30,555 nt of DNA from an uncultured Thermoanaerobacterales bacterium (GCA_900557695.1 USTP01000001.1:1-30555), one strand, 5' to 3'. Shown: positions 19,346-28,926, numbered from the stretch's first letter. Translations and numbers: made by a program. The notes: a model not told the origin generated them from the letters alone.

Positions 19346-20371
19346 TTAAAGCTTAACAACCGAACTTGGTGCAAGCGTTAAGTTGTTTGCAATATTTTTG
19401 TTTTCTTTTAGTGAAAAGTAGCCTGCCGAGGCAACCATAGCAGCATTATCTGTGCAAAGCTTTAGCGGAGGATATAAAACAGTTATACCAGCCTTATCCC
19501 CCTCTTCTTTTGCTTTTTCTCTTAACCGTTTATTTGCACTAACTCCGCCAGCAAGAACAAGTGTTTTAAGTCCAAATTTTTTACACGCCTCTATACTTTT
19601 ATACACCACTTGACCAACCGCTTCTTCTTGAAAAGAGGCACAAACATCTGCAATATTAACCTCTTCGCCCTTTTGTTTTTTATTGTGAATATAATTTATA
19701 ACCGCAGTTTTAAGCCCACTATATGAAAAATTAAAATCTTTCAATTTTTCGTGGGGCTTAACAATAAAGTTTATGTTTTTTTGCCCCTTTTCAGCCATTC
19801 TTTGAACATTTGGCCCGCCAGGGTATTCAAGCCCACACTCTCTTGCCACTTTATCAAACGCTTCGCCAATTGCATCATCTGTTGTAGTACCAATTAAAGT
19901 TCGCTTTGTAAAAGTTTCCATCTTGCAAAGCGCAGTGTGCCCCCCACTAACAATAAGGCAAGCAAAAGGTGGCTTTAAATCTTTATGCTCTATATAGTTC
20001 GCCGCAATGTGCCCCTCGATATGGTTAACCGCAATAAGGGGTTTTTTATATTTGTAGCTAAGAGCCTTTGCAAAGTTAACCCCAACAATTAACGCTCCAA
20101 GTAGCCCTGCCCCATAGGTTACAGCAATTGCAGAAACATCTTCTAGCTTTACCCCTGCTTGGCTTAAAGCCTCGCTTAACACGCCATCAATATTAACAAC
20201 ATGATTTCTTGATGCAATTTCAGGCACAACTCCGCCATAAAGTTTGTGCACATCTATTTGGCTTGAAATAACATTTGACAAAACCTCCCTACCATTTTTA
20301 ACAACCGCCACCGAGGTTTCGTCACACGAGGACTCTATTCCAAGAATTAAAATATCACTTTCTTTTTCCAT
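19346..20371 (-). CDS. tsaD: tRNA N6-adenosine threonylcarbamoyltransferase
   Basis: ILGIESSCDET, YGGVVPEIASR.H, HIEGH, VSGGHT, GEAFDKVAR, CTDNAAM; start moved to ATG 20371. Confidence 0.98.
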   Translation of the reverse strand: MEKESDILILGIESSCDETSVAVVKNGREVLSNVISSQIDVHKLYGGVVPEIASRNHVVNIDGVLSEALSQAGVKLEDVSAIAVTYGAGLLGALIVGVNFAKALSYKYKKPLIAVNHIEGHIAANYIEHKDLKPPFACLIVSGGHTALCKMETFTKRTLIGTTTDDAIGEAFDKVARECGLEYPGGPNVQRMAEKGQKNINFIVKPHEKLKDFNFSYSGLKTAVINYIHNKKQKGEEVNIADVCASFQEEAVGQVVYKSIEACKKFGLKTLVLAGGVSANKRLREKAKEEGDKAGITVLYPPLKLCTDNAAMVASAGYFSLKENKNIANNLTLAPSSVVKL

Positions 20372-20472
20372 AGCTATATTTATAAACTTAAAAACACAAT
20401 TCGTCAATAAAAATTTAAAAATTAGGCCTCTGCCCTACCTTTAAATTAGCACTTTTCTTCAAACAGCAAAAT

Positions 20473-20497
20473 AAAAACAGCCTTTGTGGCTGCTTTT
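20473..20497 (-). terminator. Intrinsic terminator after the 20511-21185 gene
   Basis: GCAGCC-acaaa-GGCTGT followed by a T-run on the minus strand. Confidence 0.65.
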
Positions 20498-20510
20498 ACT
20501 AAATTAACTA

Positions 20511-21185
20511 TCATGGTTCTGGACGCCTTGCGAAATATGTAGACGCAAAGGAGGAAAATATTGGGTCATTCGACAATTTTTTTAAATACTTTTCTTGCGT
20601 TTGGTTTAGCGAAATATGATTGGTTACAGACATCTCATTAACTTTATTATACACGAACTGCAAAAGAGAAGTATCGTAATATTCACTTGTGTTTAATCTT
20701 AAACTATTTGCACTTTCATAAGACCACTGGTTAACATCTCGCGCAAACGACTTCATTAGCTCTTCTAAAACATACTCTTCTTCCCCACAGCTGCAAAGAT
20801 TTTGCATAGAGATTAGAATATCGCCTACTTCATTAGAAAGTGCCTCGTCTTGCTCCTTTAAGCCTTCTCCTTTCCTTTTTATAAGTTTTGCAAGGTTTGT
20901 TTTAAAACGCATAAATCTAATTTCAACGCTATTATTTATATCGTTTATAGCCCCACCCGGCTCGTTTACCTCTTCTCCCGCATGAAAATAAATGCCTTTT
21001 TTGCTTTCAAGCTCTTCAATAAATCTTTTATCCGCTTTTTTATCGGTTGTTATAACTATCAACCCTTTCAAAACAAGCATGGCAACTAGAAGTTCTTCTT
21101 TTATTCGAACCTTATCCAACTCTTTAAGAATTCTTTTAAGTTTAGTTAAACTAATAAGAAGTTGCTTATTAAAGTTTTTGTCCAT
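20511..21185 (-). CDS. Hypothetical protein (224 aa, probably helical)
   Basis: Long ORF, upstream TG-n-TATAAT (21217-21225) and AGGGGG, downstream terminator; no family recognised. Confidence 0.8.
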   Translation of the reverse strand: MDKNFNKQLLISLTKLKRILKELDKVRIKEELLVAMLVLKGLIVITTDKKADKRFIEELESKKGIYFHAGEEVNEPGGAINDINNSVEIRFMRFKTNLAKLIKRKGEGLKEQDEALSNEVGDILISMQNLCSCGEEEYVLEELMKSFARDVNQWSYESANSLRLNTSEYYDTSLLQFVYNKVNEMSVTNHISLNQTQEKYLKKLSNDPIFSSFASTYFARRPEP

Positions 21186-21264
21186 AAAGCCACACCCCCT
21201 ATCGCTAGATATTGTTATTATAGCATGAAATAGCTAAAAAAGAAGCCTCTTTAAAAATTTTAAT

Positions 21265-22360
21265 CTAGTTTGTCTTGCTACGAATTAAATTTTCAACAAT
21301 AAAAGCTTGAATATTGCCTGCCAAAAAGCCACTTGCGTCTGAGGTTTCTTTACCTGTTCGAAGGTCTTTAACTAGCTGATAAGGATATAAAACATAACTG
21401 CGAATTTGGCTGCCCCACTCGTTCTTCATCTTTTCGCCATTCTCTTTTGCTTTCTTTTCTGCCTGTTTTTTCTCCTCAAGTTCGGCAAGTTTCGAATAAA
21501 GCAAACTAAACGCCATCTCTTTGTTTTGAAGCTGACTTCTTTCGTTTTGGCACGACACAACAATCCCCGTTGGTAAATGAGTTAGCCTCACTGCCGATTC
21601 TACCTTATTTACATTTTGCCCCCCAGCTCCACCACTTCTAAAGGTGTCTATCTTCACATCCTGTGGGTTTATTTCAATCTTATTTTCCTTAACAATTGGC
21701 GAAACCTCAACACTAGCAAAAGAAGTGTGCCTGCGTTTGTTTGCATCAAAGGGCGAAATTCTAACAAGCCTGTGCACTCCCCTTTCATTTTTTAAATTAC
21801 CATAGGCATTTCTACCCTTAAAAATATAGCCAGCACTTTTAAAACCAGCCCCATCGCCACGATTTTTGAAAACATTTTCAACCTCGTAGCCCATAATATC
21901 TGCATAGCCTAAATACATTCTCTCTAGCATCTGCGCCCAGTCTTGCGCCTCTTCCCCGCCAGCCCCAGAATGAATTTCAACTAGGGCATCAAGCGAGTCG
22001 CTTTCACCACTATACAAGCTCTCTAAATATAGTTTGTTTATAAGTGTTTCAAGCCTTGTTAATTCTTCTATAAAGGCAGGCTCGTCTGTTTCAGGAACAT
22101 TGTTTTGGTAAAGTTCAAGCAGCTCACTTAGGTTGTTCATATCGCCTTGCACCTTGCCAAAAGAGGATGTAACTCTTGTTATATCTGCCAGCCTCTTAGA
22201 TAAACTATTAAACTTTTCATAGCTATTATAAACATTAGGGCTAAGCAACTCTTTGTTTAACTGCTCTTCCTCTGCCCTCAACTTGCCTATATCAAAGGCA
22301 GTGGCTGATATCTAACAGCTTTTCTTTTAATTTATCAAGTTTCTCTTTGTAATCTTGCAT
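21265..22360 (-). CDS. prfB: Peptide chain release factor 2, programmed +1 frameshift at CTT TGA (22297-22292), ~364 aa
   Basis: SPF and GGQ motifs; 22-codon first [25 protein letters not shown] ends CTT-TGA and the +1 frame continues [10 protein letters not shown]. Confidence 0.97.
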
Positions 22361-22450
22361 AGTTTCACCTTGTGTTTAATATATCACATACTTTTTAAAT
22401 TTTAAAACAATATAACCTATTTTTTTAATTTTAAAACAATGGTAGCCACT

Positions 22451-22480
22451 AAAAAAGGTTGCCTTAAAAGCAACCCTTTC
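22451..22480 (-). terminator. Intrinsic terminator of the two-gene hypothetical operon
   Basis: AGGGTTGC-ttttaag-GCAACCTTTTTT on the minus strand. Confidence 0.8.
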
Positions 22481-22487
22481 AATTATT

Positions 22488-23168
22488 TTATTCTTCCGAC
22501 TCTTTTGAAGCACCTTTTTTGGCTTTTTTCGCCTTATCTGCTTCTCTAACTGCTTTTGCTCGCTCTTGATTTATGTTTTGCATAACTCCAGCTTCAAAAA
22601 TCTCTTTACCATACTGGTTAACCATTTCCTCAACAGTTTCTTTTGAAAGCCCAGCATCTTTAAGCCATGCACGAACATTGTCGCTAAATTGAGCCCAGAA
22701 AGCTTCATCATCTGTCTTTTCACTTGCATCTTCAGCATCTCCAGCGTCAACAACTTCTGGCAGTGCAGCCTCTTCTGATTCCCCCTCTTCAGCTATAGGT
22801 GCAGCCGCATCTTCGCTAGGTGCACCAGCCTCTAAAGTTTCCCCAGCTGGGGCTACATCCTCTTCAGGCTCAGGCGCAGCATCGATTGCCTCTTTGTCAG
22901 CCTCGCCAGACTCCTCGTTATATGCCGCAAATTCCTCATCAGTCATATTTAAAACAGTTTTAACCTCTTGAACGCCACCACAATCTGCAACTAGGCTAGC
23001 TAGTGCAACATAATTTGTAGGCGTATCTTTTCCCTTTGTTTCAGGAAAACGCTTATAAAGGTTCTCCTTTTGTTGCTCTGTTAACTGCGCTGGCAGGTCA
23101 AACACTTCATCAAGAAAATCATCTTTGTCTATAATAGCGTTTCTTGTTTCCTCGTCTACCCTTTTCAT
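22488..23168 (-). CDS. Hypothetical highly acidic protein (226 aa)
   Basis: Long ORF with AGGGGT SD; Glu/Asp/Ala-rich linker; basic tail. Confidence 0.85.
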   Translation of the reverse strand: MKRVDEETRNAIIDKDDFLDEVFDLPAQLTEQQKENLYKRFPETKGKDTPTNYVALASLVADCGGVQEVKTVLNMTDEEFAAYNEESGEADKEAIDAAPEPEEDVAPAGETLEAGAPSEDAAAPIAEEGESEEAALPEVVDAGDAEDASEKTDDEAFWAQFSDNVRAWLKDAGLSKETVEEMVNQYGKEIFEAGVMQNINQERAKAVREADKAKKAKKGASKESEE

Positions 23169-23198
23169 ATAAATTACCCCCTACTAATTTAATTTATT

Positions 23199-25253
23199 CT
23201 ACGCTCCAGAACCTGGTTCGTCTGAATCTTCTTTTTTTGCACCACCATCTTTGTCCGCAGCGATTGTAAAGTCCTTCTTTAAAGTGTTATATGCATCTTC
23301 GGCAGACATTCCTCTTTCTCTCATGCTATTAAGCAATTCTTCTGGAACTCCAGCCTTTAAAGCATTCTCTGTTAACTCTTGCCAACCATCGTCTTCAGGT
23401 TCCGCTTCTACTTTTGCAACTTTTTTAGTAGCATCTTCAGTAGCATCTTTTTTCTCTGGTTCTTTAGCAACGCTAGGCGTAGGCTCTTTTGCCACAATCT
23501 CATCGTCAGTAGTCATTCCTGCGGCAGCAGCCTCAGGCTTTTCTTTTGGTATTTCAGGAGTTTCAGGAGCTTTAGGTGCCCCTTCTGCTTCTTCACTTGT
23601 TCTTTCTTCCGCACGAGCTTTCTTATACATTTCAGCCAGTTTCTTAGCCTTTGGTCCACCAACTTTTAATTTTTTCATTATGGTTGAAGATTCTAGAGTT
23701 TTGCCCTTGTACGATTTAAGCAACTCGTTTACCATATCTTCATCTGTTCTTGCAGGAGCCTCTTCTGATTTCACCGCAACATCTGGTTTTGGCTTTGTAA
23801 CATGAGAGTCCTCAACTTTAATGGCTGGATCTTTCGTTTTTTTCCAAGATATTTCAACGCCACGAGCCTTTAAATAATCATCTATCATAACTGGAACATT
23901 AACCGACATTTCACTCTTTTTGTCACCCATCCTAAAAGCAGAAGCAACATCGTTTAAAAATGCCGAATAGGCAGGTGCCCTATCTCCTTTCTTAACAGTT
24001 GTTGCTCTTCTACCACTTGGTTTGAAATGAAGTTTATAACTTCTTTCAATGACTCTAACCATATCGCTACCGTATTTGTTTTTAAACTCTTGCATAGGAG
24101 TTAGTGGTTCTGCTGGTGCTCCTACTCCAGCGGCTGGTGCTCCTTCTCCAGCATCTGGGGCTCCTTCTCCAGCAGCTGGGGCTCCTTCTCCAGCATCTGG
24201 TTCCCTACCTAAAGTTTCTTCATCACTATATTCACTTGCCGCAGCGGCAGTATGCTCTGCAGCAGCTCTTCTTGCCTCAGCCTCTCTTGCTGCGGCCTCT
24301 CTTGCAGCTCTTTCAGCCGCAAATTCGCCAGAAATAGCTGAAAGTTCGCTCGCGGAAACCATATCCACAGTAGCCTCACGACTTCTAGAAATGGTTGAAA
24401 TCCCTTCGCTTCCAGGGTAAGGAGAAATTAGTTCCGACTCGTTATCCCTAGCAAGCGCATATTGGTTAGATAAGTCATTTCGGCGATTTTGGTTCATCTC
24501 TCTCTTAGCAGCCTTAAATTTAGCTTTAGCTTCTTTCCTTTCTGCATTTGCTTTTTTGAAAGAGCTGCTAATTTTTCTAAACAAAGCGCCAAGCCCTTTA
24601 ACAATTGCTCTTCCTGCTATTAAAGCTACGGCAACGCCACCAACGGCGAAACCACTAGTTATTGTGAAACTTGCAGCCATAGCTGTTTGAACAATACCAT
24701 AAACTCCAAGACCAAAGCCAGCAACCAAGCCAAGAGCTAAAGCAGCAGCTAGCATACCAAAAACAACTCTTGAAACAACCTTTCCGTTCTTTTTGTTTTT
24801 CTCTTTTCTTATTTCTTTAAGCTTGTCTTTTGATTCTTGATAAGAATCTCTACCCTGCTCAAGTTTCTCTTGCATAATGTTATCATAGTCGGCCTTAACA
24901 TTGTTTACAGCATTAAGAGAAGGAATCTTATTCCCCGACCTTTCAGCATTTGCTAAAACTTTAGAGTAGTTTGCGATTTTTGCAAGTTCTTCCCTTTTTA
25001 TTCCCCCAAGACCAACAAGGTTAGAGTTTTCAAAAATAATATCATTTATAACTCTTAAATTGCCTGAATCTATCTTAGAATCAATATCGGGATGCTGAGT
25101 TTTAACCCTGCGATAAGCCTCTCCGCCCTTTCCTAAAAGCTCACGGACAGCCTTAACATAATTATACAAACGACCATACTCGCCAGCATTATCTAGAAGT
25201 GGGATTTGTGGCCTGCTTGTTGATGCACCTGCACCTGCGGTTTCTTCTGGCAT
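23199..25253 (-). CDS. Hypothetical membrane-anchored coiled-coil / low-complexity protein (684 aa)
   Basis: AGGAGG SD; Gly/Ala-rich hydrophobic hairpin at aa ~160-225 flanked by basic coiled-coil-like segments; Pro/Ala/Glu repeats. Confidence 0.88.
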   Translation of the reverse strand: MPEETAGAGASTSRPQIPLLDNAGEYGRLYNYVKAVRELLGKGGEAYRRVKTQHPDIDSKIDSGNLRVINDIIFENSNLVGLGGIKREELAKIANYSKVLANAERSGNKIPSLNAVNNVKADYDNIMQEKLEQGRDSYQESKDKLKEIRKEKNKKNGKVVSRVVFGMLAAALALGLVAGFGLGVYGIVQTAMAASFTITSGFAVGGVAVALIAGRAIVKGLGALFRKISSSFKKANAERKEAKAKFKAAKREMNQNRRNDLSNQYALARDNESELISPYPGSEGISTISRSREATVDMVSASELSAISGEFAAERAAREAAAREAEARRAAAEHTAAAASEYSDEETLGREPDAGEGAPAAGEGAPDAGEGAPAAGVGAPAEPLTPMQEFKNKYGSDMVRVIERSYKLHFKPSGRRATTVKKGDRAPAYSAFLNDVASAFRMGDKKSEMSVNVPVMIDDYLKARGVEISWKKTKDPAIKVEDSHVTKPKPDVAVKSEEAPARTDEDMVNELLKSYKGKTLESSTIMKKLKVGGPKAKKLAEMYKKARAEERTSEEAEGAPKAPETPEIPKEKPEAAAAGMTTDDEIVAKEPTPSVAKEPEKKDATEDATKKVAKVEAEPEDDGWQELTENALKAGVPEELLNSMRERGMSAEDAYNTLKKDFTIAADKDGGAKKEDSDEPGSGA
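24113..24200. repeat. In-frame 21-bp tandem repeat, 4+ copies, encoding P(D/A)AG(E/V)GA
   Basis: CTGG(T/G)GCTCCT(A/T)CTCCAGC.. units at 24113, 24134, 24155, 24176. Confidence 0.92.
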
Positions 25254-25304
25254 TTTTATCTCCTCCTATGTTAGATTTCAACTAGCTTGTCTTTTTATGG
25301 TTAG

Positions 25305-25333
25305 ATTATAACACGCTAATTTGCATTTTACAA
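25305..25333 (-). promoter_or_regulatory. Sigma-A promoter for the 684-aa/226-aa operon
   Basis: TTGTAA-17 bp-TATAAT with extended TG. Confidence 0.7.
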
Positions 25334-25400
25334 TACTTTTTTTAAAAAAAGTTCGTTTGTAAAACATAGCATAGCCCATTTATACGCAATCTTTACATGA

Positions 25401-25430
25401 AAAAAGAAGAGGTTTTACCCCTTCTTTTAT
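25401..25430 (-). terminator. Intrinsic terminator after the nucleoside hydrolase
   Basis: AAAAGAAGGGG-taaaa-CCTCTTCTTTTT on the minus strand. Confidence 0.7.
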
Positions 25431-25443
25431 ACATTTTTGCGTT

Positions 25444-26370
25444 TTATGACAAACCTATAATTTGCTCCATCTTTCTAAACAGTTTTTCTTTACTAACTAG
25501 CGAAGTTATTAAAGTTATATGGCTGTTTGGATTTGGTTTAAACTTTGTTTGCCCCCTCTTTTTATCAAAAGTGGTGTTTATAACCATGTCTACCTTTTCT
25601 CTTGTAAACAAATCAGTGTCTAGTATTGTGAAAAGGGCGCAAGTATCATGCACAGCATACTGACCTGGTTTTAAAATCGTGTCAATATAGCCATCGCAAA
25701 GATCGTATATAAACTGCCCAACCCTTCCAGCATCTCTAAATCTCTCTCTTTGAGCTTGCTCAAAATAAGCCCCTGTTCCAAGTTCTTTAGTGGTTATAGT
25801 TATTGGCACTTTGTGCTTAATAACAATATCTACAGCATCTGGGTCGCAATAGGCATTAAAACTAGAATACGGCGTTATACTTCCCTTACCATCAATAGAG
25901 CCAACCATCATAACAATTCGCTCTAGCTTATCTGCAACAAATGGATATTTGGTTAATAATTTTGCGGTGTTTGTAACTGGGCCAACGCTAACTAGCGTTA
26001 TCTCGCCAGGATATTTTAAAATAGTATCTCGCATTGCCTCTAGGGCCCCGTAACCCCTGCGGTTTAATGGCTTTTTAGATACATTTTTTGCAATAACAGT
26101 GTTTCCAAGCCCCTTTTTACCATGAACCTCCTCCGCATTTTGCATAGGAGTGTTTAGCGCTTTTTCAGAGCCATAGTAAATAGGATAGTCTTTTTTAGCC
26201 CAAAGCTCGGTAACATAACAAGTGTTTTTAGTTGCCTGCTTTAAATTTACATTACCAAAAGTTGTTGTTATAAGTTTTAAATCAATCTCTGGCTCATAAA
26301 AACTCATAATTAGAGCCATGGCATCATCAACGCCAACATCTAGATCAAAAATAATTTTTTTCTTTTTCAT
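25444..26370 (-). CDS. Inosine/uridine-preferring nucleoside hydrolase family protein
   Basis: N-terminal DLDVGVDD motif, FGNV, VHG..GLG, GP.TN, FN.YCDP.A, HD. Confidence 0.93.
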   Translation of the reverse strand: MKKKKIIFDLDVGVDDAMALIMSFYEPEIDLKLITTTFGNVNLKQATKNTCYVTELWAKKDYPIYYGSEKALNTPMQNAEEVHGKKGLGNTVIAKNVSKKPLNRRGYGALEAMRDTILKYPGEITLVSVGPVTNTAKLLTKYPFVADKLERIVMMVGSIDGKGSITPYSSFNAYCDPDAVDIVIKHKVPITITTKELGTGAYFEQAQRERFRDAGRVGQFIYDLCDGYIDTILKPGQYAVHDTCALFTILDTDLFTREKVDMVINTTFDKKRGQTKFKPNPNSHITLITSLVSKEKLFRKMEQIIGLS

Positions 26371-26395
26371 AAACCCTCTCTTTTTTTACAGATTA

Positions 26396-28507
26396 TTAGT
26401 TTTGCTTTTGTTTAACTAAATCGCTCGCCACATCTTCTTTTTCTTGCCTGCCATCACTTTCATTGCTCTCTACTGGCACTTCCTTAAAACTAGTTTCAAT
26501 AACTTTTGCCTCGTTTTTATCTTTAAGTTCCGACTTTTTTAAAACCTTATTCATGGCATATTCGTTCTTATCATACTTATAAAAGTCTATAATAGTGTTG
26601 TCGTAAATTTCTTGAGCTTTCTGCATCATTATAACACAGTTCTCATTAGCAGGCAAATTATTATCAGGGTATATAGGCTCACAAATTTTTATAGTAACAG
26701 CCTTTTTCTTTCTAAACATAGTTTTTCTAAACAAAATTATCATTGGTATTACAGGCACATTGTTTTTACTAGCGTAATAGAAAGCCCCTTTCTTTAGTGG
26801 TCTAGACTGCTCATACCTAAGCCAAAGAGCCTGCTCTGGATAAAAATGAACAAATCCCCCCTTGTTTAGTATTTTTCTAACATATTCATCAAACTCTTTA
26901 TTCTGGCTAAATGATGACGCTAATGGTATAAATCCCCCAGCCTTTAGAGTTGCACCAAAAAAGCCCTTTTTAAAGTTATGGGGAGCACCCGTAATATAAA
27001 CATTTTTCTTATGCGATAGCGCCTGAATGTTCCACAAACAATCTAGATAGTGCACATGGTTGCTAATTGTGATACCTCTTTTTATTCCCTTTAAATTCTT
27101 TCTGCCCAAAATCTTAATGTGAAAACCAAAATAGTCTACAATTGGACCTACTAACTTTAAAACTCCTTTAACCATCCACCTATAAGCACTAGAAAAAACA
27201 CCTTTTTTCTTTATATCGTCATACTTATAAATAGGCTTTTGGTTATTCACATTCATAGGCGTGGTATAAGTGTCATACATCTCTTTGCTTGCAAGCTCGT
27301 ATAGGAAGTTTGTGTAGTCACTTTTAGAAACAAACACTTCTTTTCTTTGCGACTCTGCATATATAAGCTTCGCAGTTTCTTCTCCACCATTGTTAAACTT
27401 GTCTATCTTTTTGGTGTTTTCCTTATAAACCAAAAGATCTAGCGGATTATCTATCCACGCTTCTACTTGCTTTCTAATTTTCTTAACATTATATATGGCT
27501 TTACCAACGCCATACTCGTTTACAAAGAGTTTAGTTGTTTCCTTTTCTATTGGATGAGCATAATAGTCTACAATAATTGGCGTGTGCATAAACACAGAGT
27601 CTAAAATAGCATTGGGCCCTGCTTTTGTTATAAATAAGTCAGCAGCACAATAATATTCATAAATGTTGGTTTTAAAGCCAAGCGGCATAAGCGTTATATT
27701 GCTCTTTATTTTACCACTTGTTACCAGAGCTTCGTAGTATTTAAGTAGTTTTTCATTTTTGCCCGCAAGCATCATAATAGTTATATCTTTGTCTGTTTTT
27801 AAAAGCTCATTTGTAACTTTTCTGCTTTTAGCGCAGGCGTATGCCCCATCTGCCACTATAACGCAAAATTTGTTTTGGGGTATGTTAAGCTTTTCTCTAT
27901 ATTCTTCTTTGCTTAAATTTGCATTTAATATCTCATCGCGTGCATTAAAGTAAACTTGCTTAACAAGCGCTGGGTTAAACTTTTTTTTGCCTATGGCATC
28001 ATATAGCGCCTTCTCATTATTAACAATAAACAAGTGCTCCCTATTATCCCACCACTCATGGATGTTGTTGTCTGGATTGTAGGTTACAACTTTAACATTC
28101 TTATTTATCTTCTTCTTGTATTCAAGCGCAGCAAAAGTCATGTAGTAGTGCGTGCTAACAATAATATCTGGGTTGCGCTTTTTAAACGCTTCTAGCGTGT
28201 GGTTTACATACTTTCTAAAAACTGTTCTATGCACAAGCCTCATAAATCTAGGCCCGCCCATAAATTTTAAAAAACCAAATATAAAATTACCATAACCTTT
28301 GATTTTGTTTGTATTTTTAGTTTGTTTAATTATAAAGTTGTTCCATTTTTTTAAAGCAGGGTCGTTATCTTCCTGCATAATATAACTATCTATAACTTCA
28401 AACTGGTCGCCATAAAGCCTTTTAAAGTTGTCGGAAATAGACTTGATTGAGGTTATATGGCCATAACCAGATTCCATATAAGTCATAAGTACTCTTTGTT
28501 TGTGCAT
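26396..28507 (-). CDS. Fusion: diacylglycerol glycosyltransferase (MGDG synthase/UgtP-like, GT28) plus PlsC-family acyltransferase
   Basis: N-part G.GH, PDIIVSTH, L.GKN..L, ADLFITKAG; C-part ISNHVHYLD (HX4D), FYPEQ, KKGAF..A...NVP.IP; GGAG SD favours ATG 28507 over 28519. Confidence 0.88.
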   Translation of the reverse strand: MHKQRVLMTYMESGYGHITSIKSISDNFKRLYGDQFEVIDSYIMQEDNDPALKKWNNFIIKQTKNTNKIKGYGNFIFGFLKFMGGPRFMRLVHRTVFRKYVNHTLEAFKKRNPDIIVSTHYYMTFAALEYKKKINKNVKVVTYNPDNNIHEWWDNREHLFIVNNEKALYDAIGKKKFNPALVKQVYFNARDEILNANLSKEEYREKLNIPQNKFCVIVADGAYACAKSRKVTNELLKTDKDITIMMLAGKNEKLLKYYEALVTSGKIKSNITLMPLGFKTNIYEYYCAADLFITKAGPNAILDSVFMHTPIIVDYYAHPIEKETTKLFVNEYGVGKAIYNVKKIRKQVEAWIDNPLDLLVYKENTKKIDKFNNGGEETAKLIYAESQRKEVFVSKSDYTNFLYELASKEMYDTYTTPMNVNNQKPIYKYDDIKKKGVFSSAYRWMVKGVLKLVGPIVDYFGFHIKILGRKNLKGIKRGITISNHVHYLDCLWNIQALSHKKNVYITGAPHNFKKGFFGATLKAGGFIPLASSFSQNKEFDEYVRKILNKGGFVHFYPEQALWLRYEQSRPLKKGAFYYASKNNVPVIPMIILFRKTMFRKKKAVTIKICEPIYPDNNLPANENCVIMMQKAQEIYDNTIIDFYKYDKNEYAMNKVLKKSELKDKNEAKVIETSFKEVPVESNESDGRQEKEDVASDLVKQKQN

Positions 28508-28692
28508 AGGTTTCTCCATTTATGTTTTAACTTTAGTTTTCATCTAAAATCAACTTTTATTGCATGTATAGGTGAATTTTATAATAAAAGATTAGTCTTG
28601 TTTAATAATTAGATATTATTTTATAACTATTTAAACGGCACGCGAAACGCGAAAATTGTTTAAAAACTTATTGTTTTAATCATAATAGTATT

Positions 28693-28872
28693 ATGAAAAG
28701 GATAAGCGCAAAACAAGCTTTAGAGCAAGCATACTACAACCTGTATCACAGCCCCATTAAGAAAATAGATAAAAATTTAGACTCTCTTTTAAAAGCCAAA
28801 AAATTTGCAACAAAATCTAAAAGCCGCTTAAAAAATGCAAAAACAAGTAAAAAAACAAGCAAAAATATTTAA
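28693..28872 (+). CDS. Putative small basic protein (59 aa, below ORF-track cutoff)
   Basis: MKRISAKQALEQAYYNLYHSPIKKIDKNLDSLLKAKKFATKSKSRLKNAKTSKKTSKNI; CATAAT 6 nt before ATG; fills the intergenic gap. Confidence 0.5.
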   Translation: MKRISAKQALEQAYYNLYHSPIKKIDKNLDSLLKAKKFATKSKSRLKNAKTSKKTSKNI

Positions 28873-28897
28873 AAAGTGTCTTTAGAACTTTTTAATA

Positions 28898-28926
28898 TTG
28901 ACAATGTGTTTTTTAGGTTTTATACT
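28898..28926 (+). promoter_or_regulatory. Sigma-A promoter, probably giving a leaderless mRNA
   Basis: TTGACA-17 bp-TATACT, then 7 nt to ATG 28934; no SD. Confidence 0.8.

Noticed and set aside
21265..22360. prfB as a pseudogene or a sign of UGA recoding
   Set aside because: CTT-TGA at codon 22-23 is the classical programmed frameshift position, RF2 motifs are intact, and no other in-frame TGA occurs in conserved genes.
22393..22440. Short direct repeat TTTTAAAACAAT upstream of prfB
   Set aside because: Almost pure A/T in a very AT-rich intergenic region; not distinguishable from chance.
23251..24420. + strand ORFs inside the 684-aa gene
   Set aside because: Antisense shadows of low-complexity Ala/Glu/Pro-rich coding sequence.
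28520..28543. Tiny upstream ORF MKTKVKT abutting the glycosyltransferase ORF
   Set aside because: No SD and only 7 codons in AT-rich DNA, so likely chance; the main gene has its own GGAG-led start at 28507.
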